From the human T2T-CHM13v2.0 reference genome, Homo sapiens: a DNA stretch of 64,000 nucleotides. The DNA lies in NCBI RefSeq assembly GCF_009914755.1, contig NC_060935.1; one strand, 5' to 3'. The notes beneath the pieces are model-generated. The model did not search any database and was not told the DNA's origin. It saw only the letters and a list, made by a program, of their open reading frames with translations. Below, piece by piece: positions 55,382-64,000 of this stretch. Position numbers and translations under genes: made by a program. Position 1 is the first letter of the stretch. Every line of letters begins with the position of its first letter.

Positions 55382-56493
55382 GCTACTGACCTTAGGGAGA
55401 AATTATTCTGCAATAATCTTTATTTCTTCTTTTTTGTAAATATCTATAACCCAAAATAAGTAAATAAATGTGCTAATCCTCTTCATAGAATAACTCGGTG
55501 GTATGTTTTATGTTCACAGTGAAATGCAGATGTAGATTCCCTATTAAAAGACAAATCCTCAATTTTCAAATCAGGAATAGCTCATTACTTGAAAAAGAAT
55601 TGCTGGTGATGAAATTTAAGGGATTGATAAGAGTCTAATTCAAAAATCTTAACTTGGATAGACAGGATTTTCATTTAATGAAGACTTGGATGAATGGGCA
55701 GTTATTTAAACCCTTGCCTATCTATATTTTGTTCCAAAGTAGCTTAAAAAGTTTTGATAGCTACCATGGACTCAGTAATACTGCTTCTTTTGGTTAAAAT
55801 GAATGATTTCAGATATATTATTGTCACTTAAATATGACCTTGTACTCCCAGATAGGGTTCCAGTGAATAATTGCGCAAGCAAGCAATATTGGTATTTTTC
55901 TAAACTGTTTACCTTCTTCATTTATCAAGCCTGGTCTTCTTGTTTTTATTCCTTTGACTGCTTTTCCCATTCTCCTCTCTGAAACCGTTATCTTTGGGGC
56001 ATGACAAATGTGCTTTGGTAAATCTGAACTGGCTAATTACACTAACAGAAAATTGCCCCATCGAATGTCAACATGTTCAACTATAGAAGCTCCAGTGAAA
56101 ACCATAACTCAGTACAACGCTGTGGTAATTTATTTCCTGTAAAACTGGAGTTGTCTTTTGTAAAACTGATGATTAAAACACCTTTAGGGCATTGGAACAT
56201 ACTGTTTCATCAGAAATCTTTCTAACAATATTGGTGATTTTCATTAATGCAATTGTCTTCAGACCTAGAGATTAGCTGAGTTGTCCCCCTCTATATTTTA
56301 AACCTCGCTCATGTTCTTAGCAGGGTTGCAGCTCATTCTTTTTCTTTGTTTTGTTTCATTTTCTTATGTTTCTGTTTTGTCAACATTAATTTTTGCTAGT
56401 TCCATCTCATTTTCATTTTACAAGAATGGCATGTCACCTTGCTACCTCCTGACAAAATCACTTACAAAAGGATGCTTAAATAAAAAAAGAATA

Positions 56494-56813
<320 letters not shown>

Positions 56814-57330
56814 CTATATGTGTGAAAAGCTGAAGTTTCCTGAAATTTTATATACAGTAAGAAAGCCAAGAAAACACATTTTTCCAAGTGGAAAAGGCTT
56901 AGAAAAGTTATAGTCCATCTATTCAATGGAATATTAAATAGCCATTTCAGCCAAACAGAAAATATTTATGTGTATTGTTAAGTTAAAAAAAGAGGGTGTG
57001 AATACATGTGTTTCCAAAAAGTAAAAATGTTACTACCAATCCATAGATACTGACAAGGAATATATAAAATAACATTTTTACGTAAGGTTTTAAAATTTTG
57101 TTCCACTTTCAGACTGATTTTTAATTGATTTTATAATCACAAAATTACAATCCAGATTTATCAGTGCATTGGATTGTTATACATGAGTTTCAAGGAACAG
57201 ATAGTACTAAACAATATTTTTTTCTATACTTAGAAGTTTTAAATTTTATCAGAATAAAAAAAGTAATTGCCTGGCTGCTACAATCACAGACAGGCTAAAA
57301 CTCATCCATAGTCTTTAAAATTCATTTTAA

Positions 57331-57985
<655 letters not shown>

Positions 57986-58973
57986 TTTTTATGTCCTTTC
58001 TTTCACCCAACTTTTCCCATTCTATAAATTCCCGTTCTCGGGTGACCACATGACTGATAACTTTAAATGCCTGCTCTATAACATTCTTCTAAGGTTATTA
58101 CCTATGAAATCCCAGACAGTTTAAACCACCTATTTCCTCTTACTCACTCTTCACTTTTCCCCCTCTGCTCTAATCTATAGCACAGCTGCTATAATAAACA
58201 GCAAGTGAAAAACATCAAGACAGGTTGAGAAATGGGCTGCAGAAGGAAGAAAAATAACTTCACACTGTAGCACCTTTAATGGTGCCGCTTTCCTGCTTTC
58301 TGAATAAGAGGCTCTGCTTTTCATTTTGCTCCAATCTTCACAAATTACATGGGATGCCTTGCTTGCCCCTAACCATCTTCCTCATCTCTATTTGTTTGGC
58401 GTACCATACCTTGCCTGTCTTAGTATTCTTCTCATTTTTCTAGTCTAAAATTCAGACTTACCCCAACTCAATATCATCCTTTTTCCCATCTCAGGGATGA
58501 GTTCTTTCTGCCTCTCTGCCCTTGCAAATTCACAGGGTATTCGGTAGTCTCTCCACTTCCTTAGTACTCTGAGTTTGCTCACCGATCTCATCATATTATA
58601 TTCTTGTAGTACATTTATTTCCCTCTCTAGTTTAATTGTAAATACACAGAAGTCAAGATCAAACTTCAGTCCCACTTTTTCTCTAGTAAGTAGGTACTCA
58701 GTGATGCATAATAATGAATATGCAAGCAGGACGCATAAAGAGAATGAAATGCATAGTTTTAAGGCAGGAAGAATGACAATGACATAGACATGTGATAGGC
58801 AAGTTTGCTCATGAGGAGCATAGTAGACATCTAGTTAAAGTTACTGACAAAACAAAAGTTCTAAAGTCTTTCCAGCTTCCTAAGGTTGCAAAGAGATCAG
58901 GGACGGAAGAAACCAAGACTTGAAGTCAATGATCACTTATTAACACCTGCTTTGTGCATAGCTTCCTGTGGAG

Positions 58974-59047
58974 CAGGTTTTCTCAACCTTGGTACAAGAC
59001 TATTGCAATTTTGGACTTTCCTTAAGTATACACACACACACGCACAC

Positions 59048-59085
<38 letters not shown>

Positions 59086-59271
59086 CTCTTTGTGATGGGG
59101 GGACAGTCTTGTGCACTGCCAAGCGTATGTGTTTGGCAGCTTCCATGTCTATGACCTCTATCATCCAGATGCCAGTAGAACACTCCCCCTCAGTCATGAT
59201 AATAAAAAATGTCTTCAGACATTACTAAATAGTTTTTGGAGAGAAAATTTGCCCCAAATTGAGAATCACTG
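58974..59271 (+). mobile_element. MER20 containing a (CA)n/(AT)16 microsatellite
   Basis: TTTCTCAACCTTGG...CCAGATGCCAGTAG...AAAAATGTCTTCAGACATT...TTGAGAATCACTG; TSD CTGTGGAG/GTGTGGAG. Confidence 0.92.
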
Positions 59272-59526
59272 GTGTGGAGGACTACTAGCTTGATGACAGT
59301 ATTATTTTCCACCACAGATAATAACCCTCCAACCTACTGTGTTAGGAGGAGGATAAAGCAGGATGAAAAATTAGATACAGTTGCCAGTTATTCTGGCTTT
59401 TGTTTCAAAAACCTTAATCATGGGATGGAAAAACAATTTGTCATCGGAGAAGAAATAAACTGGCACACAGTAAGAGAGAGAATCCAGAGGCATGGCTATA
59501 ATATCAGGCAGAAACATGAAAGAAGA

Positions 59527-59849
<323 letters not shown>

Positions 59850-60353
59850 TTAACCTGCAGTGAAAAAGAGGTTCTTGGGGGCAGATGAGATATGACAGAT
59901 GGGGATGGTTCTAGAACAGAGGAAATACCATGTATTGGCACTGTCCTGGAAAGTAGGCAACAACAGAACAGGTATGGTTGGCCTATGCAGATAGGACCAT
60001 GCAATGCTTATAGACAGAATTTTAAGAAATAAATAACTCACAGGGACAGCAGGGGAGCTAGAATGAAGGAGCACAGTGTAGTGGAGAATATGAGCATTTC
60101 AGCCTCTCCCTCTGTAACCCAAAATCGGAAGACTAGATAGCTTCCTCTGCCCACCCTACATCACTCTGGCATCTCCTAAAATGCTAGATGTGTAGCTAAC
60201 ACCATTGCTTGAGAGGGAACACAAGGAAGACTAAACATCCAGCAGCAGAACAGGGTTTCCAGTGAGAAACTAAGTAATATTGAAATATGTACATGTACAT
60301 GGACTTAAAAAAAGACATTGAGTGTGTTTACTGAAATTTGAATTTGTTATTTC

Positions 60354-64000
<3,647 letters not shown>

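Overview
AT-rich primate (human/ape-type) non-coding DNA, intronic or intergenic. I can support no cellular protein-coding exon, tRNA, rRNA, snRNA or CpG island. Much of the window is interspersed repeat: 14 Alu copies or fragments, about 11 L1 pieces, many MIR/L2 relics, hAT MITEs (MER5, MER20, MER30, MER81/94), solo MaLR/ERVL LTRs (THE1, MLT1, MLT2) and an internally deleted ancient ERV-L provirus with readable gag and dUTPase remnants. The only long ORF is L1 ORF2 of a young L1PA2-like element at the right edge, broken by one 1-bp insertion. The most unusual observations are: (1) an 87-bp ancient-type alpha-satellite fragment bracketed by a 42-bp direct duplication at 9516-9686; (2) two more non-tandem local duplications of apparently non-TE sequence (138 bp, 2116 bp apart; about 122 bp, about 730 bp apart); (3) a consensus branchpoint-polypyrimidine-CAG|GTAAGT recursive-splice-site motif at 26414-26455. 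Subfamily names come from remembered consensus motifs, not a database search. Boundaries of old repeats are approximate.
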